Positions 48,758 through 55,498 of a stretch of 64,000 bases of DNA are shown one piece after another (position 1 is the first letter of the stretch; every line of letters begins with the position of its first letter). Below the pieces are notes generated by a model that was not told the DNA's origin, ran no database searches, and saw only the letters and a list, made by a program, of their open reading frames with translations. A program made the translations under genes and the position numbers. Source of the stretch: a virus; IMG/VR virus record IMGVR_UViG_3300009678_000001; one strand, written 5' to 3'.

Positions 48758-48785
48758 ATGATATCAAGCCTTTCTAAAAAGTCAA
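48758..48785 (-). promoter_or_regulatory. class I-like promoter for the RNA ligase leader
   Basis: TTGACT-16-TATCAT. Confidence 0.5.
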
Positions 48786-48786
48786 T

Positions 48787-48809
48787 CTCTCAAGTGCCGA
48801 GGGGCTAAG
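48787..48809 (-). repeat. ISL element (CTC-loop variant)
   Basis: CTTAGCCCCTCGGCACTTGAGAGA abuts TTGACT. Confidence 0.7.
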
Positions 48810-48815
48810 TTTTCG

Positions 48816-48835
48816 CTAAGTGCGCCGCAAGGCTA
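48816..48835 (-). repeat. ISL element (tandem partner)
   Basis: TAGCCTTGCGGCGCACTTAG begins with the TAG stop of 48833..49084. Confidence 0.7.
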
Positions 48836-49084
48836 ATCTTTTTGGTGAACTTTAAATGCTAGTATCTTAGTGGGGTTTGGACAACGCCAACCGTCAGTAA
48901 TACACTCATATCCAAGAGTCCTCAGAACTGTTCTAAAAGTATTTGTTTCACTTAATGATAGTTCTACCGCATCGCCCACATTCATTGTGTTCGCTAAAGT
49001 AATGAGATTCTTTAAGGTTTGTTCTCTTGAACCCCTTCCTTTAGGAATGGGTAAATTTTTATGTATCGTAAAACTTTTAACCAT
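48833..49084 (-). CDS. hypothetical protein
   Basis: 83 aa. Confidence 0.6.
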   Translation of the reverse strand: MVKSFTIHKNLPIPKGRGSREQTLKNLITLANTMNVGDAVELSLSETNTFRTVLRTLGYECITDGWRCPNPTKILAFKVHQKD

Positions 49085-49089
49085 TCGTT

Positions 49090-49521
49090 TTATGGTAAAG
49101 GTAACATTTTACTTGGGATTAGCCTAAATCTATCTTTTTTGTTTTTGCTTTGAATATATCTTTTAATATCATCGTGTCTTCCATAAATACCCCTTTCAGA
49201 GTATTGATAAGGCTCCCATGCACCGTATCCATCCCAATCGGTACAAAACTCAATTACTATCTGAAAAACGGGCGCTTTTAAGTGAACCCATTTTCCTAGC
49301 TTAGAATCATAAACATGTACTCCAGCATTATCATAATATTTTTTGCGCTCTATTTCTTTATAGGTTGTGCCGCCTTTATTGCCACATTTCGGACAATATT
49401 CCCAAGGGTCTTCAATATTTAAAGTAAACTGTTTATGGCAGCTTAAGCATTTAAAACGAGCATAATGGCCATCTCCATGGTCTTCTTGCCATTTGGGACT
49501 AATTTGTAATAAAGTTCTCAT
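49090..49521 (-). CDS. zinc-ribbon protein
   Basis: 143 aa. CLSCHK..CPKCGN. Confidence 0.65.
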   Translation of the reverse strand: MRTLLQISPKWQEDHGDGHYARFKCLSCHKQFTLNIEDPWEYCPKCGNKGGTTYKEIERKKYYDNAGVHVYDSKLGKWVHLKAPVFQIVIEFCTDWDGYGAWEPYQYSERGIYGRHDDIKRYIQSKNKKDRFRLIPSKMLPLP

Positions 49522-49532
49522 ACAGGGCTATT

Positions 49533-49757
49533 TTATTTTTGGTCCCAAACTTGGTCCTCAACTTGGTCCCAAACTTGGCCCTGAACTTGGTCCCAAACTT
49601 GGTCCCGAACTTGGTCCCGAACTTGGTCCCGAACTTGGTCCCGAACTTGGTCCCGAACTTGGTCCCAAACTTGGTCCCAAACTTGGTCCCAAACTTGGTC
49701 CCGAACTTGGTCCCGAACTTGGTCCCAAACTTGGTCCTCAACTTGACCCTCAATCAT
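49533..49757 (-). CDS. QVWD-repeat family micro-protein, hyper-regular member
   Basis: 74 aa consisting almost only of DQVW/DQVR units. The ATG and the minus-strand context favour this frame over the three other open frames. Confidence 0.6.
   Translation of the reverse strand: MIEGQVEDQVWDQVRDQVRDQVWDQVWDQVWDQVRDQVRDQVRDQVRDQVRDQVWDQVQGQVWDQVEDQVWDQK
49541..49750. repeat. near-perfect 12-bp tandem array, about 17.5 units (ACTTGGTCCCRA)
   Basis: Read directly. The units differ mostly at one A/G position (Trp vs Arg codon on the minus strand). The outermost units carry a few other changes. Confidence 0.95.
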
Positions 49758-49770
49758 AAAGATTTAGTTT

Positions 49771-49896
49771 TTAATTCCTCAACTTGCCAATAAACTTGGT
49801 CTTTAATTTGTTACCATTAACTTGGTTCCAAACTTGGTCCCCAACTTGGTTCCGAACTTGGCCCCAAACTTGGCCCCAAACTTGGTCCGCGTTCAT
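49771..49896 (-). CDS. QVWD-repeat family micro-protein (below the ORF-track cutoff)
   Basis: 41 aa: MNADQVWGQVWGQVRNQVGDQVWNQVNGNKLKTKFIGKLRN. Confidence 0.5.
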   Translation of the reverse strand: MNADQVWGQVWGQVRNQVGDQVWNQVNGNKLKTKFIGKLRN

Positions 49897-49903
49897 AAAA
49901 GAA

Positions 49904-49925
49904 GGGTAGCCCCGCAAGGCTACCC
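49904..49925 (-). repeat. ISL-related 8-bp hairpin / terminator-like
   Basis: GGGTAGCC-ttgcgg-GGCTACCC-TTCTTTT-ATG, downstream of the DUF932-like gene. Confidence 0.6.
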
Positions 49926-49934
49926 CAAATTAAC

Positions 49935-50939
49935 CTAATTTTTTGGCAAGGTTAAGTCCTGTAGGAGTAAATCAGTAGCCCTCTGTTTGAGATTAGCTCC
50001 AGTACCAAGTAGCGCCGATTCAAACTTTGCTTCCTGTCTATTAGCTCCTTCTTCTGCTCTGGTGCTTCTTTTTTGGTCAACAAATTCAGTTATACTGTTT
50101 AGGTAATCATACCTTGTCTCGCCTACATTCCCTGTGCCACGCTGAAAAAGTTCTGTTACCTGCTCTCGAATATTCTCAGTTCTTGAGCTACATTCATAAA
50201 GTCCAGTTTCCTTATTCAATTTCCCCGGAAACAAGGTTTCATTGTACCTAACTACCTCTTCTTCATTGCATTTCTGGTCTTTGAGCATTTTCAAGACTAG
50301 CTCCAGCCGCCCAAAATAACCATAAGCAATTCCGAGCGCCCTTTGAACTTCCTCTTTGTGACTCTTAAAACTTTTGGTATGGCGCATCTTAACCTGATTC
50401 TTTGCGCCTTTTAGGGCTGCATTAAGGGTGTTTTGACAGACTACCCGCACCGCTACATTCTGCATCCATACTGAGTGCGTACCATCGTGGCTTGAAATCA
50501 TCAAAATCCACTTGTCCATCTTATCGCTAGGGTCAATATACATGGTTTCTGGCAGCTTGGCCATAATCCAGATTTTGCGCCCCTCTCTTAAAGACCCCGC
50601 AGTCTCATAAACTGCCTGACCTTCAGAAATAACCGAATCAAAAAATTCAAAAGCTTCCTCGTTTTGGACTGGCGTATATCGATTACCTACCACTCCCAGT
50701 TTAACCCCATTGTCCTCCCTTACAACAGCTTTATAATCTTCAAATTCAGAAAGACCACTCTCTGTCTGAATAAAAATTGGCTCTTTGCGAACCCTCCAAT
50801 CCAAATGCGCCAATTGGATTGCTTCTTTGGCTGTAACTGTTCCTTTGACAACGCTTCCCAATGAATGCCAAGGAACTATATTATTACCGCTAAAAGTTTC
50901 CGCAGTGCCGTCTTCTCTAATTGTTATTTCGTGTGACAT
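49935..50939 (-). CDS. DUF932-like (phage/plasmid TIGR03299-type) protein
   Basis: 334 aa. ..NIVPWHSLGSVV..TAKEAIQLAHLDWRVRKEPIF..AVVREDNGVKLGVVGNRYTPVQNEEAFEFFD..ETAGSLREGRKIWI matches the family pattern. Confidence 0.7.
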   Translation of the reverse strand: MSHEITIREDGTAETFSGNNIVPWHSLGSVVKGTVTAKEAIQLAHLDWRVRKEPIFIQTESGLSEFEDYKAVVREDNGVKLGVVGNRYTPVQNEEAFEFFDSVISEGQAVYETAGSLREGRKIWIMAKLPETMYIDPSDKMDKWILMISSHDGTHSVWMQNVAVRVVCQNTLNAALKGAKNQVKMRHTKSFKSHKEEVQRALGIAYGYFGRLELVLKMLKDQKCNEEEVVRYNETLFPGKLNKETGLYECSSRTENIREQVTELFQRGTGNVGETRYDYLNSITEFVDQKRSTRAEEGANRQEAKFESALLGTGANLKQRATDLLLQDLTLPKN

Positions 50940-50969
50940 ATTGTTTTACAAGTTTGTTTATCTGTCTAC

Positions 50970-50997
50970 AGCATAACAAATCTTTTTAAACCGTCAA
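50970..50997 (-). promoter_or_regulatory. class I promoter (30-nt leader)
   Basis: TTGACG-16-TATGCT. The upstream TGA stop lies inside the -35 box. Confidence 0.55.
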
Positions 50998-51176
50998 CAG
51001 GTTTCTTTTGAAAGTCTCCCCACTGCTTTTTCAAGTGCAACCATCTTAACCTCAAGTGGTTGCCCAGTCAAAAAAGCAACCAAAAGAGATTGAGACAAAT
51101 CTTCTATTATCACATCAGCCTCTTTTGGAGGAGTAGTACGAGTTTGTGTCCTAATTTTAGACAGGCAGTTCTTCAT
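50994..51176 (-). CDS. hypothetical protein
   Basis: 60 aa, ATGA overlap with the upstream gene. Confidence 0.5.
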   Translation of the reverse strand: MKNCLSKIRTQTRTTPPKEADVIIEDLSQSLLVAFLTGQPLEVKMVALEKAVGRLSKETC

Positions 51177-51409
51177 TGTTTCTTTATAAAAATTACGCTC
51201 TCTTCAAGCCCGAAAGCCCAAAGAAAATTATTCCAACCTCTGTGTCCTAGTCCGCGCATTTTCCAGACTATTCTTTTAGTATCATGAGCATTTTTGATTA
51301 ACCAGTCTTGTTTTTGTTCTCTAGACCAGTTAACGTTGTATATTTCATCCACAGGAAAGAATCTTGTGTTGTCAGCTAAAAAATCTTCAATTTCTGGTAA
51401 ATTTGGCAT
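51173..51409 (-). CDS. hypothetical protein
   Basis: 78 aa. ATG preceded by an ISL. Confidence 0.6.
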   Translation of the reverse strand: MPNLPEIEDFLADNTRFFPVDEIYNVNWSREQKQDWLIKNAHDTKRIVWKMRGLGHRGWNNFLWAFGLEESVIFIKKQ

Positions 51410-51430
51410 TGCTCAAGCGCCGCAAGGCTA
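51410..51430 (-). repeat. ISL element
   Basis: TAGCCTTGCGGCGCTTGAGCA-ATG. Confidence 0.8.
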
Positions 51431-51616
51431 GTTTATTTTTAGGTCTCTAACTTGGTCCCAAATTTGTCCCACAACTTGGCTTCTAAATTGGTCCTGTATT
51501 TGGCTTTGGCCCCAAATTTGTTTCTTGGTTTCATGCCCAACTTGGTCCCAAATTTCGCTCCAAATTTGGTCCCAAACTTGGTCCCGAACTTGTCTTTTTA
51601 TTAAATTACTATTCAT
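51428..51616 (-). CDS. QVWD-repeat family micro-protein
   Basis: 62 aa. [45 protein letters not shown]. Confidence 0.65.
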   Translation of the reverse strand: MNSNLIKRQVRDQVWDQIWSEIWDQVGHETKKQIWGQSQIQDQFRSQVVGQIWDQVRDLKIN

Positions 51617-51872
51617 TCAAATAATCATCGGGATTAACTTCTTCGCCAACATCGTCTTCTTCAGTTAAAGGAGAACCACAAATAGCACAAATTTCTTCTA
51701 AAAGCGAATAGCTGCTATGCGCTCCGCCATCTCCCTCTTGAACCAATACTTCAACCAGTTTATAGACGCGCCAATTGACTAACTCTGCTAATACTGGCAA
51801 GTCTTCCTTGGTAGGAGGCCAACAAGAGGCGCAAAGGTCTAAATGTTGGTCGTTAAGTCTTATTCTAGGCAT
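51609..51872 (-). CDS. hypothetical acidic protein with CxxC pairs
   Basis: 87 aa. CASCW..CAICGSPL. Confidence 0.6.
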   Translation of the reverse strand: MPRIRLNDQHLDLCASCWPPTKEDLPVLAELVNWRVYKLVEVLVQEGDGGAHSSYSLLEEICAICGSPLTEEDDVGEEVNPDDYLNE

Positions 51873-51895
51873 CTCTCAAGCGCCGAGGGGCTAAG
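51873..51895 (-). repeat. ISL element (CTC-loop variant)
   Basis: CTTAGCCCCTCGGCGCTTGAGAG-ATG. Confidence 0.75.
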
Positions 51896-51896
51896 T

Positions 51897-51912
51897 TTTC
51901 GCCGCAGGGCTA
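51897..51912 (-). repeat. ISL element (tandem partner, truncated)
   Basis: TAGCCCTGCGGCGAAAA begins with the TAG stop of 51910..52116. Confidence 0.65.
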
Positions 51913-52116
51913 GTTTATTTTTATGTTCCAAATGTGTTCCACAACTTGGCCTTCTACTTCTTCCCCAACTTCTTCCCAAACTTGGCCCCAAACTTGTTCA
52001 AAAACCTGTTCCCAAACTTGACCTTCTACTTGGTCCCAAATTTGTTCCCCAATATGGTTATGAACTTGGCTCCTAATTTGGTCATCAATTTGCTTCCTAA
52101 TGTTATCTTTCGTCAT
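51910..52116 (-). CDS. QVWD-repeat family micro-protein
   Basis: 68 aa. MTKDNIRKQIDDQIRSQVHNHIGEQIWDQVEGQVWEQVFEQVWGQVWEEV..KIN*. Confidence 0.65.
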   Translation of the reverse strand: MTKDNIRKQIDDQIRSQVHNHIGEQIWDQVEGQVWEQVFEQVWGQVWEEVGEEVEGQVVEHIWNIKIN

Positions 52117-52340
52117 TAACGCGCCGATTTAAATTCTGGTATTTCCATCCAATGCGCCCGAACTGAAGGTAAAGCTATTGTACTCGTATAAGTTAAATCA
52201 TTGTCCGTCATAACAATAATTTTTGTGCCTTGCTGCTCCCATCTTCCAGTAATTTGCTGCCATCCCTCTTTCCGTTTAAGAGACCAAAGAACGGTGGTTT
52301 TTTGTGGAGGTTTCTCTTTCTCGAAATTCTTCCAAATCAT
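52116..52340 (-). CDS. hypothetical protein
   Basis: 74 aa from the ATG 7 nt after the -10 box. TAATG junction downstream. Confidence 0.55.
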   Translation of the reverse strand: MIWKNFEKEKPPQKTTVLWSLKRKEGWQQITGRWEQQGTKIIVMTDNDLTYTSTIALPSVRAHWMEIPEFKSAR

Positions 52341-52347
52341 AAAAACG

Positions 52348-52375
52348 ATGATAATAAAAGTTTTTAAAATGTCAA
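52348..52375 (-). promoter_or_regulatory. class I promoter
   Basis: TTGACA-16-TATCAT, 7 nt to the ATG at 52340. Confidence 0.55.
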
Positions 52376-52398
52376 TGCTCAAGCGCCGCAGGGCTTAA
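52376..52398 (-). repeat. ISL element (consensus)
   Basis: TTAAGCCCTGCGGCGCTTGAGCAT abuts TTGACA. Confidence 0.8.
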
Positions 52399-52407
52399 GC
52401 CCTTTTT

Positions 52408-52641
52408 TTAAAACGCCGAGGGGCTAAGCGCCATAGGGGGTTCTGTGTTCCAAGCTTGGTGCCAAATTTGGTTTTCTACTTGGCTCCCAATCTGTTCCCA
52501 AACTTGGTCCCAAATCTGTTCCCAAACTTGGCCCCAAACTTGGCCTTCTATTTGGTTCCAAATTTGGTCCCCAATATGGTGGTCCCCAATATGGTCCCTA
52601 ACTTGGTCCATAACTTGGTTCTGAATGTTGTCTCTTGTCAT
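52408..52641 (-). CDS. QVWD-repeat family micro-protein
   Basis: 77 aa. MTRDNIQNQVMDQVRDHIGD..QIWNQIEGQVWGQVWEQIWDQVWEQIGSQVENQIW. Confidence 0.65.
   Translation of the reverse strand: MTRDNIQNQVMDQVRDHIGDHHIGDQIWNQIEGQVWGQVWEQIWDQVWEQIGSQVENQIWHQAWNTEPPMALSPSAF
52410..52432 (-). repeat. ISL element embedded in the 3-prime end of a CDS
   Basis: GGCGCTTAGCCCCTCGGCGTTTTAA is translated as ..ALSPSAF*. Confidence 0.7.
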
Positions 52642-52655
52642 GTTCTTAAGGAGGG

Positions 52656-52865
52656 CTAGGTTTCACTAAAACATTTATTTGAAATTTGTATCATAACTTC
52701 ATGCCGTAATTGGTTCCAGTGTTCCTGACCTTGGTAAACTTGGTCCCCAACTTGGTTCCAAACTGCTTGGTTCCCAACTAGGTTTTGAATACTCTTAAAA
52801 GTTTGCCCCAAAACGCCATTATATAACTGATGATGTAACTGATTCTCAATCTTATTTCTAGTCAT
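52656..52865 (-). CDS. QVWD-repeat family micro-protein (divergent)
   Basis: 69 aa. MTRNKIENQLHHQLYNGVLGQ..NLVGNQAVWNQVGDQVYQGQEHWNQL. Confidence 0.55.
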   Translation of the reverse strand: MTRNKIENQLHHQLYNGVLGQTFKSIQNLVGNQAVWNQVGDQVYQGQEHWNQLRHEVMIQISNKCFSET

Positions 52866-53067
52866 GTGTCTCTAAAACTTGGTCCCCAACTTGGGTCCTA
52901 ACTTGGTTCCGAATTTCTTCTAAAGATGGATGTAAAAAACGTCGCCCCCAAAGTAACGGGTGCGAAGTCGGGTCTTGGATTTGATTATAAATTTGCTTCA
53001 AAATTTGGTCCCAAGTTTGGCCCCAAACTTTTGCGAACACCTGACTCTTAATCTCATCTTTGGTCAT
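52858..53067 (-). CDS. QVWD-repeat family micro-protein (divergent)
   Basis: 69 aa from MTKDEIKSQVFAKVWGQTWDQILKQIYNQIQD..IRNQVRTQVGDQV. Confidence 0.55.
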   Translation of the reverse strand: MTKDEIKSQVFAKVWGQTWDQILKQIYNQIQDPTSHPLLWGRRFLHPSLEEIRNQVRTQVGDQVLETHD

Positions 53068-53071
53068 GTTT

Positions 53072-53278
53072 TTAGTAAATTTTGCTGCACCGAAAAACTT
53101 GGTACAAAATTTCATTTTTAATTTCATACCTTATTTGTGGGTCCCAATAATCCTGAATTTGGTTATGAACCTGCTTGCTAATTTGGTTGCCAGCTTGGTT
53201 GAACAACGGTCTTACAACAAGTTCCGAAGTTTGACCCCGAACAAAAGCATCCTGATTCTCAATCTTATCTTGGGTCAT
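53072..53278 (-). CDS. QVWD-repeat family micro-protein (divergent)
   Basis: 68 aa. MTQDKIENQDAF..NQAGNQISKQVHNQIQDYWDPQIRYEIKNEILYQV. Confidence 0.5.
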   Translation of the reverse strand: MTQDKIENQDAFVRGQTSELVVRPLFNQAGNQISKQVHNQIQDYWDPQIRYEIKNEILYQVFRCSKIY

Positions 53279-54002
53279 ATTTTATTAAAAAAGGTAAATA
53301 CAATTTAATACAAATCTCAGTAGCCACTTTTTCATCAAAACAATATGTAATCGTTCGTTTTTCAAAAGCTTTGTCTAATTCTTTTTCAGCTTCATCTACT
53401 TGTTTGTTTAAATCTTCTTTTTTGTAATTAGCTGGATTAGTTTTAATATCTATTAACCGCGCCGCAAAATCAGGGTTATATTTTTTGACATTAACGGGAA
53501 AAATCCCGTCAGTAAAAAAATACTTACCAGCCCAAGCAAGCCTAAATAATTGCACCGCATTCTTAAAAGAATAGCCAAACTCTTCTACCGCCTTGTGCCG
53601 CTTTGAACCTAAAAGCCCAGTCCGCTCGCCGTTCATCAATCTTCTTTCCCCAAACATGTAGCCTTTTAAAGATTTATATAAATGTTTACTATCAAGCAAA
53701 GAAAATTTATGAGTAAGGATTAACGCCCATTCTGGAGAGGGTTTAAAATTCGGCGCTTCATCTGTAAAAAGCAATTCTAAAGCCTGAGTGTTAGTCTTTC
53801 TTAAGCTGGATAAAAAATGTCGAAGCTCAAAAAGAAAAGTATCATCATTTTCTTTTTTAATATCCTGATGGTCGAACCTTTGGAGACCAATAATCTTTTC
53901 GGGTTCTTCGTTTAAAAAACAACCCCTAGCGTCCAAGTCGGACGCTGGAGTATTTAAACCGTAAGCATGACTTCCACCAAGAGTTGAGTAAATAATCTTC
54001 AT
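53265..54002 (-). CDS. pol-beta superfamily nucleotidyltransferase (RNA-repair-associated type suspected)
   Basis: 245 aa. N-terminal LGGSHAYGLNTPASDLDARG fits the hG[GS]-x(9-13)-DhD motif. Overall shape resembles the PF10127-type predicted nucleotidyltransferases. Confidence 0.65.
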   Translation of the reverse strand: MKIIYSTLGGSHAYGLNTPASDLDARGCFLNEEPEKIIGLQRFDHQDIKKENDDTFLFELRHFLSSLRKTNTQALELLFTDEAPNFKPSPEWALILTHKFSLLDSKHLYKSLKGYMFGERRLMNGERTGLLGSKRHKAVEEFGYSFKNAVQLFRLAWAGKYFFTDGIFPVNVKKYNPDFAARLIDIKTNPANYKKEDLNKQVDEAEKELDKAFEKRTITYCFDEKVATEICIKLYLPFLIKYDPR

Positions 54003-54280
54003 TTTGCTTCAATCTCACAGCACCAAGTTTCAAGAGCATCAAGGTTTTCTCCCTTGTAAATTTCTTCCAGTTTATCGAATTCGTTCCTCAACGCCGAATG
54101 TAAAATGTCCCCAAGTTGACCCCAACCTATATCGTCACAGTCTAAAGAGTGTTTGGCATAAGCGCAAAGACAAGCGTGAAGCAACCTGTCGTTTCGCCCA
54201 TTATGTTCATTTAGTTTATGGTAATCGGGCTTTATAAGAGCTTGAATTCCCGTCAATAAATCTTTGTTAATTGGTTCCAT
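53999..54280 (-). CDS. hypothetical protein
   Basis: 93 aa, ATGA overlap with the upstream gene. Confidence 0.6.
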   Translation of the reverse strand: MEPINKDLLTGIQALIKPDYHKLNEHNGRNDRLLHACLCAYAKHSLDCDDIGWGQLGDILHSALRNEFDKLEEIYKGENLDALETWCCEIEAK

Positions 54281-54283
54281 AAA

Positions 54284-55252
54284 TTATTTAGACAACAGCC
54301 TAGGATAGGTTTCTTTAATTCTATCTAAAATCAGCCGCCCGTTTTCTGTAATTATACGCCCATTTGCCTTCTCAATTTTCATCAAATCGTTCTTTAAGAG
54401 ATAAATTTCAGCGTCTCTTTGGACCGCTGTCATGGTCTGTCCCGTCTTAGCCGCCAAAGTGGTTAAAGAAACTCCTGTGCCAGCCTCTAAAATACCCAAA
54501 ATCTTAACCTCAGAAGGAAGAAGCCCCAAAGGAAGAATAAACAGTTGCGTCTTAATCTCGTTCCATTCCTTCAAAGATAGAATCCTTCTGTCGTGACTAT
54601 CCATATAAAGCTTGATAGACATAGCTATCTGGAAAGACTGCCGCGCATTACCACGAAAACAATCAGAAATATCTTCTAATGCCTCATCGTGAATTTGATT
54701 GGGCGTTATATACTTGAGAAGTATTTTACCAAGTTGCTCCCGAGTATAGCCTTCTAAATCAACTCGTTCCAGCCTGTTAAGGAAAGCCGCAAAAAGCTTT
54801 TGAGGTTCAGATGTGGCAAATATCCATGTAATCTTCCTCAAGTCAAAAACGTAGTCTTTCCCATTAAACAACAACCTATTTTTATGTTCCTTATTGGGGT
54901 TAAGAATAGTCAACAACTCTTCCCTCATCATGTCTTTTGGGAGTTCTGCTGCTTCGTCAAAAAATAAGGTGACTTCGTTTTCTATTTTTGGCTGCAAAAT
55001 TTGAGTCATTAACTGAAAGAAACTTTTAACACCCCCACAATTAATTATCGTTAGAGGTTTAATTTTGGTAGGGTTACTGGGTGTAATCAATTTACTGCTG
55101 AAACTTTCCGACAAGACTGTCTTGCCATCGCCCTTTGGACCAGTAAATAGAAGAGGGGGAATTATACCACTTCTATAATAGTTTTTTAAAAAGAAGCCAA
55201 GTTTTAGCTTGGCTCCTTCCTGTCCTATAATGTTATCAAACGAAACACTCAT
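54284..55252 (-). CDS. AAA+ ATPase, RuvB / clamp-loader-like
   Basis: 322 aa. FDNIIGQEGAK, Walker A GPKGDGKT, Walker B LFFDEA, sensor WIFATSEP, RGNARQS, and a C-terminal winged-helix-like region. Confidence 0.6.
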   Translation of the reverse strand: MSVSFDNIIGQEGAKLKLGFFLKNYYRSGIIPPLLFTGPKGDGKTVLSESFSSKLITPSNPTKIKPLTIINCGGVKSFFQLMTQILQPKIENEVTLFFDEAAELPKDMMREELLTILNPNKEHKNRLLFNGKDYVFDLRKITWIFATSEPQKLFAAFLNRLERVDLEGYTREQLGKILLKYITPNQIHDEALEDISDCFRGNARQSFQIAMSIKLYMDSHDRRILSLKEWNEIKTQLFILPLGLLPSEVKILGILEAGTGVSLTTLAAKTGQTMTAVQRDAEIYLLKNDLMKIEKANGRIITENGRLILDRIKETYPRLLSK

Positions 55253-55261
55253 TCTTTCTTC

Positions 55262-55498
55262 TCATTCTTTCTCGAAATGAATCTCTGTAGTTTCCAATGG
55301 AATATGCGTTATTAATGTTTCAAGCTTGGCTGTTATTGGGGTGCCTTTAAGTTTGTTCTGGTCTGCCCATTTGCGCCACACCGGAATTGGATAGTCGGGC
55401 TTAAACAGTTTGTTCAATTCAGACAAAGGCACTTCACAGCAACTCACCGCTCCTGTTTTGCGTCCACTGCCTTCTTTTCTAGGTTTTTTTTCTATCAT
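55262..55498 (-). CDS. hypothetical protein
   Basis: 78 aa. Confidence 0.55.
   Translation of the reverse strand: MIEKKPRKEGSGRKTGAVSCCEVPLSELNKLFKPDYPIPVWRKWADQNKLKGTPITAKLETLITHIPLETTEIHFEKE

Noticed and set aside
49493-49793. Three alternative open frames through the 12-bp array (GPKLGPEL.., KFGTKFGT.., LVPNLVPN..), and similar LVPN-type plus-strand ORFs opposite other QVWD genes (e.g. 46399..46752, 52456..52659, 61656..61850)
   Set aside because: A stop-free 12-mer is open in most frames by construction. The minus-strand DQVW frame is the one with ATG starts placed right after ISL or promoter elements, it matches the orientation of all neighbours, and it keeps its residue periodicity in divergent copies. 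I cannot formally exclude antisense coding without expression data.
49541-49890. CRISPR array
   Set aside because: The repeat unit is only 12 bp and the units are contiguous with no unique spacers. No cas genes or leader are present.
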